A model generated the notes under the pieces. The model did no database searches. It saw only the letters and a list, made by a program, of their open reading frames with translations, and had not been told where the DNA came from. A stretch of DNA of 63,210 bases, filler included, from Vannella sp. (lineage: Eukaryota): the NCBI GenBank assembly GCA_023345925.1. It is 8 parts of 8 records of this genome, joined end to end, with 100 filler letters (N's around TTAATTAATTAA, not from the genome) between each part and the next. Parts side by side here need not be neighbours in the genome. Positions count along the whole stretch, not along the records: positions 47,536 to 57,374 come from JAJQQN010000745.1; positions 57,475 to 63,210 come from JAJQQN010000800.1; 6 more parts are not named here. One strand, 5' to 3'. Position numbers and translations under genes: made by a program. This document shows, piece by piece, positions 47,436 through 57,743 of the stretch (the first letter of the stretch is position 1; every line of letters begins with the position of its first letter).

Positions 47436-47535
47436 NNNNNNNNNNNNNNNNNNNNNNNNNNNNNNNNNNNNNNNNNNNNTTAATTAATTAANNNNNNNNN
47501 NNNNNNNNNNNNNNNNNNNNNNNNNNNNNNNNNNN
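47436..47535. other. Artificial contig linker
   Basis: N44-TTAATTAATTAA-N44. Confidence 0.99.
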
Positions 47536-48817
47536 CACAAGTAACTCGGTGGCTGTTCTGCAATGGCGCGCGCAGTTCTTGCTGTGGTCAACCATTGATG
47601 AGAAACATATCACTTGCTTCACAGCGAATTCCAAGAAGGAAGACTTGAGAGAAGACACCCACATTATCGTGACGACCTATGCCATGATCTCTCACTCGGG
47701 CAAACGCTCTGAAGATGCACAGGCTATGTTGAAAATGGTTAACGAAAGAGAATGGGGCCTTTTGATCCTGGATGAAGTGCATCTGTTCGCTGCTGACACC
47801 TTCCGCCAAGTTATCCGCACTTGCCCAACGCATTGCAAGATGGGATTGACTGCCACACTCGTTCGTGAGGACGACAAGATTGAAGATTTGAACTTTCTCA
47901 TCGGATCCAAGCTTTACGAGGCGAACTGGCTGGACCTTTCACGTGCTGGACACATTGCCACCGTGAGCTGTGCAGAGGTCTGGTGCGAAATGACGACTCA
48001 GTTCTTCCAAGAGTGGTTGGCAAGAGATCGCGATCGGAAGGACAACAACAGCAAGTAAGTGATCCCTCTCTTTCTCCATCTCCAAGATTTGTATTCATCA
48101 ACGCCTCTGCTCTCCAGCAAGAAACGCCAGCTCAGTATTATGAACCCAAACAAGTTCCGAACTTGCGAGTTCCTTGTTCGCTACCACGAAAAACGAAACG
48201 ACAAGGTCATTGTATTTGCTGATGATCTGTTTGCCTTGAGGGTTTACGCAGAGCGCCTTGAGCGGCCCTACATTCACGGGAAAACAACTGTTGACGAGAG
48301 AAACGAGGTTTTAGGGCGTTTCAAAAATGATCCTTCGGTCAAGACCATCTTCTTGAGCAAGTTTGCAGACAACGCAATTGATCTTCCCGACGCCAATGTG
48401 CTCATCCAGATCTCCTCCCATTTTGGGTCCCGCAGACAGGAAGCACAACGATTGGGGCGCATTCTGCGAGCCAAGCCAAAGGCCAAAAGCGAGTTCAACG
48501 CCTACTTTTACACTTTAGTGTCCAAGTGCACGGAGGAAATGACTTACTCTCAGAAACGCCAGCGCTTCCTGGTTAACCAAGGATATACGTACAAGATCAT
48601 CACTGAAATCCCAGAGATGAACAACCTTCCCCTCCTATTGGAATCGAAAGAGGATCAACTGCAACTCTTGGCCATGACACTCTCAGCTGCAGAAGACAAA
48701 GATACGGATCCTGAGGCCTCCTCGCGCAAGTCACAGGGAAGTTCATCTGCTCTTTCTGGAGGTCGAGGACAGATTTACAGCACTGCCAACTCTCGAACCT
48801 CACAAACTCGGAGATGA
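47536..48817 (+). CDS. ERCC3: TFIIH helicase/translocase XPB, 5' truncated
   Basis: EWGLLILDEVH, GLTATLVREDDKI, KLYEANW, CAEVWC, MNPNKFRTCEFL, SHFGSRRQEAQRLGRILRAK; intron at about 48055-48117. Confidence 0.97.
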
Positions 48818-49040
48818 TAACCAGAAAACTGAGAGTCCACTGGAGTGGTGGACAATTCAAAACATAAATCCTACTTCACCCCTGTTACGGGAAACAACAT
48901 CATTCCCGATGATCCTTCCTCTCAGGGCGTCATCCCCGCAACCCAAAGGGCATCAACAGAACACACGTTGGACACCGACCTTCAAGCTCCTCCTCAAAGA
49001 GAGAATATTCACCCCCACGCCTTCCTCGTGGACGACTGAT

Positions 49041-49230
49041 TAAAATCGATGATCAAAAAATGAGTCCAAAAAGTACCCCGACTAAAACACATAAAAAGTC
49101 GATTGGTAAAGGTCCCGATCGATTTTAGAGTCACTTTTCAACCAGGGCTAGAGCGGCCCGGAACTCTCTCAAAGTACCTCGACCAAAAGATTTAATAAGT
49201 TCATTGGTAAAGGTCCCGATCGAATTAAGC
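49041..49230. repeat. Intergenic repeat with two imperfect copies of AAGTACC-GAC...ATTGGTAAAGGTCCCGATCGA
   Basis: Copies start near 49071 and 49172. Includes the bipartite motif (49082-49128) and an inverted TAAAATCGAT at 49041. Confidence 0.75.
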
Positions 49231-49364
49231 GTTACTTTTTGTGGGGGCCTGTTGGTAGGATGTTATTACAGAAGTGTACAAGGGGGTGTGGCGGAGAGCA
49301 GCTTCAGGGTCGATTCCAACTACCTGCAAGCCGTTCCCTTTGACAGGAAAGGCAAGAAGGAGAG

Positions 49365-50542
49365 TTAGAAGGCGGACTGCTTTCGGCGGGGAGGAGTGGG
49401 GGAGAGCGAAGCGCGAGCAGTGTCCTTGATACGGTTGACAGTGTTCTTGATGGGGCTCATTGCTGCGGTCTTGAACTTGGCAGTGGCCAAGCCCTGCTCG
49501 GGGCGAACCCAAGGGTGGTTCTTGATCTGCTCCAGGGTAGGGCGAGAAGCAGGGTTCTTCATCAGCATCCAGCGGATCAACTCGCGGGCGGATCTGCGTA
49601 CAAGTTAGCGAACGATGGAGTAGAAGAGGAGGGGATCACATACGATGTGTTGTAGGACTCGAAGGAAACGTCCTCGTTGAGGATCATCTTGGTCATCTCA
49701 CGTCTGTCCTCAGAGTAGAAAGGATAAGAGCTCTGCAACATGGTGTAGAGGATGATGCCCATGCTGTACACATCAGCAGAGCGTCCATGGTAAGGAGTTC
49801 CCTTGATCAACTCTGGTGCAGCGTAGCAGAAGCTACCAGGGAAGTCCTGGAACAAGAAGTCCTCGGTGGGCATGTGACCAGCAAAGCCGTAGTCGATCAT
49901 CAAGACCTTGGCCTTCTTGCCTTCTCCTGCGATGAGGAGGTTCTCCAGCTTGAGATCGCGGTGGCAGTAGTCCTTGTTGTGCGTGTACTCGAGTGCTGCA
50001 AGGATCTGCTTGAACCATTCGCGTGCGTCGTCCTCGGCAATGGCGCCGTCCCGTTCTAACCTAGAGTGAAGATCCCCTCCTGCCATGTACTGCAGGAACA
50101 TGTAGATGTAGTTAACGTCCTCGTGCACATGGAGCATACGTACGATGTTCTTGTGCGCCATCTGAGCCAGAACGCCTGGCTCTTGGCGCACGTAGCTTCG
50201 CATCTCCTCAGGAATACTCTTCTTGGTAGTGATCTTCACCGCCACCTTCTCCTGCGTCCGGACGTGGGTAGCCAGGATCACCTTGGCGAAGGCACCCTCG
50301 CCCAGTTGCTGGTCGTGGTGGAGGATGAAGTCGCTGAAAGAGTACTCCGTGGGGAGTGCTTGGGGTGTGGGGTTGCTTTCAGAGACGTTGTAGCAGTCCA
50401 GCCAATCGAACCGAGGCTTGATTGGCACGGGGGTGGCCTTGGACTGCTTGAGTTTGCGAAGGGGCGACATCGGCGACGCCATCGATTGGCGAAGCTTCTG
50501 TACGGGTCCGTTCTTGGAGGGAGTGCTTGTTTGGTTGCCCAT
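49365..50542 (-). CDS. CAMK-group (CAMKL-like) Ser/Thr kinase, probably N-myristoylated
   Basis: MGNQTS; GEGAFAKV, VAVK, HRDLKLEN, DYG, YAAPE; intron 49594-49643. Confidence 0.92.
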
Positions 50543-50768
50543 TGTGACTCGGTGAACTAAGTTCTAATGACTAAGAGACGCTCGTGGTCGCCTTTTGTAC
50601 CCTGAAAGGGAGGCCGTTGAAGGTCAGACTGAACTTCCCGCTCAAAAGGCCAACCGCCCAACGGTCCCAGTGCTTAAGACCTTTAGGTGACTCTTGATAG
50701 TGCTTTGAACGATCTGAGTAACATGAGAAGCTGACAGGGCCGTCAGGGAGAGCATGACGAGAGGAGAA

Positions 50769-52155
50769 ATGTCATTTCCTGATGAAGAGGGCTCGCAGGT
50801 AGGTGGATTGGCTGTCTGGAGGGTTTGTTTGACGTGGGTAGTGAGAGCTTAGACGAAGAGGATGCCCCAGGAAGGAAGAGAGTGCGCCTTGAGGAGTTGG
50901 GAGAGGAGGAGCCGGCTCCCAGTCCATTTCAAGCTCTGAAAGTCAAAGGGCAGAGCAGAGACCAGGCGAAGAAGCCTGCAAGAGACCTATATAGTCTCAT
51001 GGCTAGTAAGAGGAAGAAAAAGCAGGCCGAAGGCGCTCCTACCGAGCAACTTGTGACTTCCACAAGGACTGAGGCCTCTTTGGATACCTCAAGCACTGTT
51101 TCCTCGTTCCCTCTTGAGAGATCGATCAAGAACATGTTCAGGATCTTATCTACAGCCCCTATCGAGTGGTTCAACGCCTCTTTCACTGACAGGGAGGTGA
51201 GCCCTGAGTGTCTTCGCCTCCGTGAAGCCGCGTCACTGTACGGGTTCCCTTCTCGTGTAGCTGTACCTGTAGAGTTTCAGCAGCTCCACACTCGAGCGAA
51301 GGAGTCCCGCCAACCCTCACAGGTTCTCGACTTCTTTGCAGGAATCAAACGCGATTGGTAAGAGCACCTCAACCAGAGCGTTCCAAGCTGATTACTTGAG
51401 ATAGGAAGGAAGCTATCAACTCTGCCTTTCTAGAGCTAGGTCGGCAAGAGGAGAGTGCCATGCTGTACTGTTTATGTGAGAAGTATACTGTTTTGGTGGA
51501 GTCCATTCGACTCGATGATGGAGGAAAGACCATTCTGGCTCGTGTTTCTCCTTCTACTAAGGCGCTACGATGGAACTTACAGTGTCAGGGTGTGATTTAC
51601 AGTCTCCCTTTGGATCGGAAGAAGGCAGTTCCTTATTATGACTCTCTCGAACCCGACCAAGTTGGTCAGATTAACCGGGAAACCTACGAACAGGGACATA
51701 TTACCCAGTTGCTAGTAGAGGGAGAAGACCAAGTGTCACGGCTCCTCTCTGTTATTGAAGAAAAGTTCGAATCAGAGTATCTGGATCTCACCTACTTTGT
51801 TCCTCGCCTTCTGAGTGCCTTTCCCTTCGACCATTCTATCAAGGAGAGAATGTCCCTTCAATCCAGTGGCAGTCTGGTTCGAACAGAGGGCACAACGACC
51901 AAGACTATTCACCGGATTGAGTTGGGCGGGATGTTGTTACCTCACAATGTTCATCAAATCTTCTCGTGTCTCCAAGAGCACGTTCAAAACTCCCAGGAAC
52001 GACCCTATTGTGAGATAATTATGTCCACAGAAGAGTATACGAAAGGATTCAACTTGCCTTCCAACTCGAAGAGCCTCAGTATATCCGAAAGTCCTTTTTT
52101 GCAGCGGATTGAATTCTTCTCAGAAGGCGCTGTGTTCCATTTAGACCACGAGTAA
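50769..52155 (+). CDS. DONSON: Downstream neighbor of SON (replisome factor) homologue; first exon uncertain
   Basis: PLERSIKNMFRILSTAPIEW, ARVSPSTKALRWNL..QGVIYSLP, PRLLSAFPF and IELGGMLLPH match the DONSON motif order as I recall it; intron near 51358-51403. Confidence 0.7.
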
Positions 52156-52165
52156 GTCAATTCCT

Positions 52166-53596
52166 TTATCGAAAGGCGTCTACAATGACAGTTACGGAGC
52201 TTATACAGCCCACAATGGAGCTCACCACGAAGATTGCAATACAAATACTCTTCTGCCACTTGGGGAGTGGGCCAGGACTATCCAGAAATCTTTGCCGATA
52301 GACTGGCCCTAATTTCCAATACAATCCCACTGGGAAGAGAAACTTAATGAGAACCCCACCAGTGGCTCCAGTGAGACCAAACACTGCCTCCAGCTTGCCA
52401 AGAAGAGTGGCAACAAAGAGGCAACTGAAGACAATCAAAGCCGTCATAACATAGTATCTCACCGATGTTCTGAAAGAGGATGCCTCTGGACTTGCATCAT
52501 AAAAAGAGACTTTGGAACTGAATAGGAGACGGTCCAAGGAGAATCGGATAGGCCAAGTGAAAAGAGGGAAAGATAGAATAACGACAATGCTCATGGCCAA
52601 ACTGGCCAACTGAATAGCAATGTTGTTAGGTTCAATAGCTAGCATCTGTTGTAACACGTTCCCGTTGTCACCCGGCATGAATCGGAGGTAAGAAAGGCCG
52701 CCCACAATCATATAAATAGTCGAAAGCAGTAGAACAGCCGCTACGGCAATGACACTCCAATCCTCCTGCGTCTGGAAGGGCTTCTTCAACTCAGAGAAGA
52801 TGGAAATGGCTTGCAGATGCCCCCCAAACGCAAAGGCCATGATGGGGATGCCCAGAAAGATGTCGGAACTCCAGTTCCACCACACAATCGTGTCTTTGAT
52901 CGTTTCGCCGGAGCTTGCGACTTGGCCACGTTCACGGTAACGGTCAAGATCAATGAAAGTCTCAACAATCACCAAGATGGTGAAGTAGAGGACGGCAGCG
53001 ATGGCGAACATAGACGCGAACTTCAAAGAGTCCAAACGCTTGAAGCAGGACAACGGGAAGAGGATCAAAGTGGTGATTAACACTTGGTAGAAGCGTGGAG
53101 AGAAGTACCAGAGCTTGCTGGGGTAGGTTTCCTTCGCCCAAGCCGCAAAGATGGGAGGAAGGAGATCTCCGATGATTACGATGTAACCTACGATGACTCC
53201 ACAGCTATAGAGGATCACGATCAACTGGAACACTTGTTTGACTCTCTTACCAAAGGCAGCTTCGACTGTATCTTCGTAGGAAGAGGTTCCCGCGGCCTGG
53301 CAACACATTGGGAGGATCTGCAGCGTGAGACATGTCACCACAGCAAAGGTAGCGAATATGAGAACACCTTGAACAAGACCCATGGAGTCGAAAGCGAAGG
53401 GGAGTGAGAGGATCCCTGCGCCCACTGCGCAGTTGCTCACATTGAAGAAAGCACTCTTCCGCGATGCTCCCTCTGCAGTGGCTGGTACTACGCCAATCGG
53501 TTGCATGTATCCTGGGTATGGTTCAATCTCAACATCAGTCGATGCAGCTGATATGAGTGATACCGACTCGAAAGATGCAGAGCTTGGCAACTTCAT
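52166..53596 (-). CDS. Amino-acid transporter, AAAP/SLC38 (Aa_trans) family
   Basis: SAFFNVSNCAVGAGILSLPFAF, LDSLKFAS, IPIMAFAFGGH, ten or more hydrophobic segments; first in-frame ATG at 53596. Confidence 0.92.
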   Translation of the reverse strand: MKLPSSASFESVSLISAASTDVEIEPYPGYMQPIGVVPATAEGASRKSAFFNVSNCAVGAGILSLPFAFDSMGLVQGVLIFATFAVVTCLTLQILPMCCQAAGTSSYEDTVEAAFGKRVKQVFQLIVILYSCGVIVGYIVIIGDLLPPIFAAWAKETYPSKLWYFSPRFYQVLITTLILFPLSCFKRLDSLKFASMFAIAAVLYFTILVIVETFIDLDRYRERGQVASSGETIKDTIVWWNWSSDIFLGIPIMAFAFGGHLQAISIFSELKKPFQTQEDWSVIAVAAVLLLSTIYMIVGGLSYLRFMPGDNGNVLQQMLAIEPNNIAIQLASLAMSIVVILSFPLFTWPIRFSLDRLLFSSKVSFYDASPEASSFRTSVRYYVMTALIVFSCLFVATLLGKLEAVFGLTGATGGVLIKFLFPVGLYWKLGPVYRQRFLDSPGPLPKWQKSICIAIFVVSSIVGCISSVTVIVDAFR

Positions 53597-53700
53597 AACA
53601 TGCGCCTCCAATAAAGTGAATGAAATATAAATTTCTTTTTCATAAACTACAAAATCATCAAATTTATCGCTCTCCAGCCATTCTTTTTCGACCTGGTTCC

Positions 53701-54783
53701 TCACCAACGAACGTTCCCTTTCCTGTTGCCAGTTGGACCATTACGGGATGAAGTCAGCTTGACCTCCAGCTGACGAGTTCTCTCTGCAAGCATCTCCAAC
53801 GCCAGCTCTCCTCGGACACGGCGAATCTCTGCGGAGAGTTCTTTGACCTCCTCCACTGCCTCTAGGTTGAGCCTCTCGTAGCTTTTGATAGACTCTAAGA
53901 AGGCCACTCTATCTCGCTCAAAGGTCTCTTCATGCCCGCGCTTTTGGAAGATGATGGAAGTGTGTTGAGGAAGCGCGGGAGTGTCCAGGGTCTTCCTAGT
54001 TTGCATGATGTCGGTGAACATCTCTTCCATGAGCAAGGTGCGGTCGCGGAGGAATTCAGCTCGCCTGTCTCGGAACTGAGCCACTCCCGCTTCTGAGGAG
54101 AGATCAAGGGAAGAGTCCCTGTTGATGCGATCTATCTCATGTTGAAGCACTTCTATGTCTGTTGGAGATGCCGCTACCTTCTTCAAGGCACTCACAGCCT
54201 GCTCCAAGGCACGCCGACGGGTCACCTTGTGGTGGTCCAGTTTAGCTTCCACTGGGCTCCCTCCAAGGGACCTCAGAGAGTGACGAATGAGAAAAGACTC
54301 TTCGTCACATAGAACAGAGAGGCTTCTCGCCGCAGCAACTTGCTTTGGAAGGCGAGAGAGTTCACAGTGGAGGGCGACTGAAGTATCTGCTACAGGACAA
54401 GCACGCGTAAGGGACCTTGGTGTCGTTGAAGAGCTGCGGGCCCTTTGAGCCCCTTTGTTCAGAGTTTGGATCCACTTCGCACGGTCTGCTTCGGAGTCGG
54501 CGGCAAGATGGAAGACTCGCCCTTCAGTGGCAACATCAAAGTGAAAGTTCAATGCTTCAGGGGTTCTCAAAGACCAACTAGCACAAGTACCGGCTGGACT
54601 CTGGTCTCTTTCACTCACCTGAGTCACCTCTCGAAGGTCGATAAAACCCTGCGATTGACCTTCAGGAAGATTCTCGTCCTTGTAGTAGTGTAACTCGTGA
54701 CTTCTTGGATGATAGCGAAAGTGACGCAACCGTAATACGGCTGAAAGAGGACCGCATTTGCCCAAGTACCCTGCCACCGCCAT
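53701..54783 (-). CDS. PH-domain + coiled-coil protein, paralogue 1
   Basis: GYLGK..LRHF..LHYYK..GFIDL..FHLAADSEADRAKWIQTL; ends KGNVRW. Confidence 0.85.
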   Translation of the reverse strand: MAVAGYLGKCGPLSAVLRLRHFRYHPRSHELHYYKDENLPEGQSQGFIDLREVTQVSERDQSPAGTCASWSLRTPEALNFHFDVATEGRVFHLAADSEADRAKWIQTLNKGAQRARSSSTTPRSLTRACPVADTSVALHCELSRLPKQVAAARSLSVLCDEESFLIRHSLRSLGGSPVEAKLDHHKVTRRRALEQAVSALKKVAASPTDIEVLQHEIDRINRDSSLDLSSEAGVAQFRDRRAEFLRDRTLLMEEMFTDIMQTRKTLDTPALPQHTSIIFQKRGHEETFERDRVAFLESIKSYERLNLEAVEEVKELSAEIRRVRGELALEMLAERTRQLEVKLTSSRNGPTGNRKGNVRW

Positions 54784-54862
54784 CGTCCGGATGGACCAAA
54801 CAATGACATCAGCTTGTCCGGATAGTAGATTGATCGCGCATTGGACGCAGGAAGTTGAAAAC

Positions 54863-54910
54863 CTAAAAACATATAAAAATCCGATTCCACCCACTCAGCA
54901 TCGATTTTGG
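54863..54910 (+). other. Bipartite motif CTAAAAAC..ATAAAAA-N21-TCGATTTTRG
   Basis: Same boxes and spacing as 49082-49128 and 61653-61700. Confidence 0.65.
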
Positions 54911-55066
54911 GGCCCTTTTTATACGTCCTGTGCGCTCCTCCTGGATTTGCTCCCGGTTGTTCTCTGACATCAGCAGAGACTGTGAGATGACTGAAAACTC
55001 TTAGCAACAGAAGGGTTTGCCAAGGATGTGAGATCTGGATACCCTTCAATGATGAGGTGAATCCTC

Positions 55067-55137
55067 AAAAAATGAAATCAGTCCAATAGCTTATCCTGAA
55101 GAGATGGAGGCCATGAAGACAGGCTACAAAGAAGAGT
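55067..55137 (-). repeat. Dispersed non-coding element, inverted partial copy
   Basis: The reverse complement contains cctccatctcttcaggataagct.ttggactgatttcatttttt, as in the 44455 and 46984 copies on another contig. Confidence 0.8.
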
Positions 55138-55348
55138 CAAATCACCCACTCATGGTACAAGTACTTTCAAACCGGTGGGAAGAGGGAGATGGAGTGACGA
55201 CGTGCGGTCGTCAGTGATTCATTTCCTCCTTCGGAACAGTCCCAGACACCAAGAAAGTGACATTGGAGAGTCAGAACTTTTACTTCGAGCAGGATGGCGA
55301 CATTGAGGTCGGGTTCTAATGAAAGAGGCGATTTGGATGCTTTCTTCT

Positions 55349-56446
55349 TCACCAACGAACCTTTTCCTTCCGGAGTGTGGCAGGGCTTCTGGGGTCGCTG
55401 GGGGAAGGGCCGCTGGAGTGGCGTTTGGCAGCTAAGTTGATGCGCTGCTCTAGTTCTTGAGTTCTTTGGGAAAGAGAAGCCAAATTACTGCGGGACGACC
55501 TCTTCTCTGCCTTGAGTGAATTGACCTGTTCAGAACGTGTTCGATGGAGTCTCTCGAGGGTTTCAATGGACCGTGAGAAGGTCTTTCGCTCTCGTCCATA
55601 AGTCGCTTCTCGCTCACTCATTTGGAATATGACGGAAGAGTGGGCAGGAGCTGGCGGCTTATCGAGAGTGGTTCTGCTCTCATTGATGCTCACAAACATC
55701 TCATCCATATGAACTGCCCGGTCTCTGAAGAGCTCATCGCGTCTGGCCTGCAACTCGATCACAGTTTCCTCAAGGGGCAGCAGAGAACGCCGATTGAGCT
55801 CATCTATCTCAGACTGAAGGAACTCAATGTCTTTTGGAGCAGCTCCAACTTGTTCCAAAGCCTTCACAGCTTCCTCTAAGATTCTGCGACGGTCTTCATG
55901 ACCGGATCTGGCTGAATCGCTGTCGTTGGCCTCTCCCAAGGAGGCCAGAGTGTGGCAAATGTGAGAGGACTCTTGCTCAGTAAGAGAGGAGAAGAGGTTT
56001 GCTGCCTTAACTTGCGTTTGAAGACGGGAAAGCTCAGCCTGAAGGATGACTTGAGGGTTTGTGCGAGCAGAATGGCGGGAGATGGGTATCTCAGGTGCAG
56101 GCTGGAACTTTTGAGCTCCTTCAGTAAGAACACGAATCCATTGAGCTCGATCCTCCTCCGTATCTGCTGCCAGTTGGTAGATTTCGAGTTTGGTGACTAA
56201 GTCGAAGCAGTGGTTCTTTGCAGAAGGGTGTTTACGAGACCAGCTAGCGTATGTAACGGTACCAACAGATCGCTCATTCACAAACATCACATTGCGGAGG
56301 TCGATAAAGCCTTTCGACTTCGCTTCGGCACTGTCTGAGGTGTAAAAGTGGAGCTCATGGCTTATGGGTCGATAACGGAAATGTCTCCTCTGGAATGGCG
56401 CTGAGGACAACGCTCCTCTCTTGCCTAAATGTCCTGACAACTCCAT
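55349..56446 (-). CDS. PH-domain + coiled-coil protein, paralogue 2
   Basis: GHLGKRG..RRHF..GFIDL..YQLAADTEEDRAQWIRVL; collinear with 53701-54783; ends KEKVRW. Confidence 0.85.
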   Translation of the reverse strand: MELSGHLGKRGALSSAPFQRRHFRYRPISHELHFYTSDSAEAKSKGFIDLRNVMFVNERSVGTVTYASWSRKHPSAKNHCFDLVTKLEIYQLAADTEEDRAQWIRVLTEGAQKFQPAPEIPISRHSARTNPQVILQAELSRLQTQVKAANLFSSLTEQESSHICHTLASLGEANDSDSARSGHEDRRRILEEAVKALEQVGAAPKDIEFLQSEIDELNRRSLLPLEETVIELQARRDELFRDRAVHMDEMFVSINESRTTLDKPPAPAHSSVIFQMSEREATYGRERKTFSRSIETLERLHRTRSEQVNSLKAEKRSSRSNLASLSQRTQELEQRINLAAKRHSSGPSPSDPRSPATLRKEKVRW

Positions 56447-56617
56447 CAGCTTCAACAGAAAAATGACGGTGTCGACACTCAAAAAAAGGAAACATATTTT
56501 CGCGAACGTTCGCAATCATGTAACATCACGCAGAAGCTGGGAAAACCGAATTTCTTCTGTCATTTAGTAATTTTAATTGTAAGATGAATTTTTTCTTACC
56601 TGTTTTGCCCCTCAACT

Positions 56618-56689
56618 GGGCCTATGGCGCAACGGTAGCGCGTTCGCCTCCAGAGCGAAAGGTTGGGAGTTCGAATCTCTCTGGGCTCA
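56618..56689 (+). tRNA. tRNA-Trp(CCA)
   Basis: 72-nt cloverleaf: GGGCCTA/TGGGCTC acceptor, D-arm GCGCAACGGTAGCGC, TTCGC-CT-CCA-GA-GCGAA, GGGAG-TTCGAAT-CTCTC. Confidence 0.97.
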
Positions 56690-56691
56690 TG

Positions 56692-56696
56692 TTTTT
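56692..56696 (+). terminator. RNA polymerase III terminator (T5)
   Basis: TTTTT two bases after the tRNA discriminator. Confidence 0.75.
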
Positions 56697-57374
56697 GGCG
56701 ATGTGACTGATTTCTTTCTTTTTTGTTTGAGAGTGGATACAATGGTGCGGATGAGTCCAGGTTCTCCGTACTCGTTGTGTAGCACAGTGCTCCTTCACTC
56801 CAATTGATCGACGCTCTTACGAACGAGGGAACCATTCCCTTCCAGGTGCTTCCTCTTCCAAAAGAGAAGGGAGTGCAAGTGGGAGGTTTTCATATCCAAC
56901 AGCAGACTACCAGCTTCATCAAGTTGAGGTGCAGAGGAGGGAAAATGCTGGGCACAAAATCCGGACTGGCCAATCTCCAAGCCACCCATCCCGACAAAAC
57001 TCTGCAGATGGCTCCTCAAACGATGATTAACCCTTTTCTGTGGGCAAGGATGCACCATCACTCACCCGTGAGGTACCATTGTTGGAGACCATTGGTTGAG
57101 AGAAAGTGGAGTGAATGAAGTTGTCTTTCGCTTCTGCTGGGTCATCATCTTGGACGAAAGAAGGAAATCTGCTCGTTTCTCGTGCATTTAACAGAGGAAC
57201 TCTTTCATCTGTCATCCATCTTCAGAAATTGAGACTTGGAGACGGGACCAGCATGCGGGCTCGCCCATTGCCATCGGCTGGCTTGCCAAGAAGAGATCCA
57301 GTTGAGCATTCCTTCCTCCACACACCTCACGGCACCTTCCTCCCTTTTGCAACAGCATTTGGATGATCTCGTTG

Positions 57375-57474
57375 NNNNNNNNNNNNNNNNNNNNNNNNNN
57401 NNNNNNNNNNNNNNNNNNTTAATTAATTAANNNNNNNNNNNNNNNNNNNNNNNNNNNNNNNNNNNNNNNNNNNN
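57375..57474. other. Artificial contig linker
   Basis: N44-TTAATTAATTAA-N44. Confidence 0.99.
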
Positions 57475-57743
57475 CAACTTCCTCACGCGCGACGCCAAGA
57501 AGCCAGCCATCTCCTCCCCTCCTCGATAATGTGACCCCCAAATGGACTCTATGGCAGTCAACTTCTACTCTGAAAAAGGATAAAGGGATTGGTACTTCCC
57601 AGAGGACGAAGGGAGGAGAGTTTGCCGGAATTCTGTTTCTCGGCCGGAATCAGTTGTTTCGGGCAGATGGCCAGCAGATTGAATGGCATTGGACGAGGGA
57701 TGATGAGGTGGTGTTTATTTGAAGGAGGGTAGGGGGAAACGAG

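Noticed and set aside
56795..57215. Short minus-strand ORFs beside tRNA-Trp as a gene or tRNA-targeting retroelement
   Set aside because: They are fragmented, with no RT or integrase motifs and no recognisable family.
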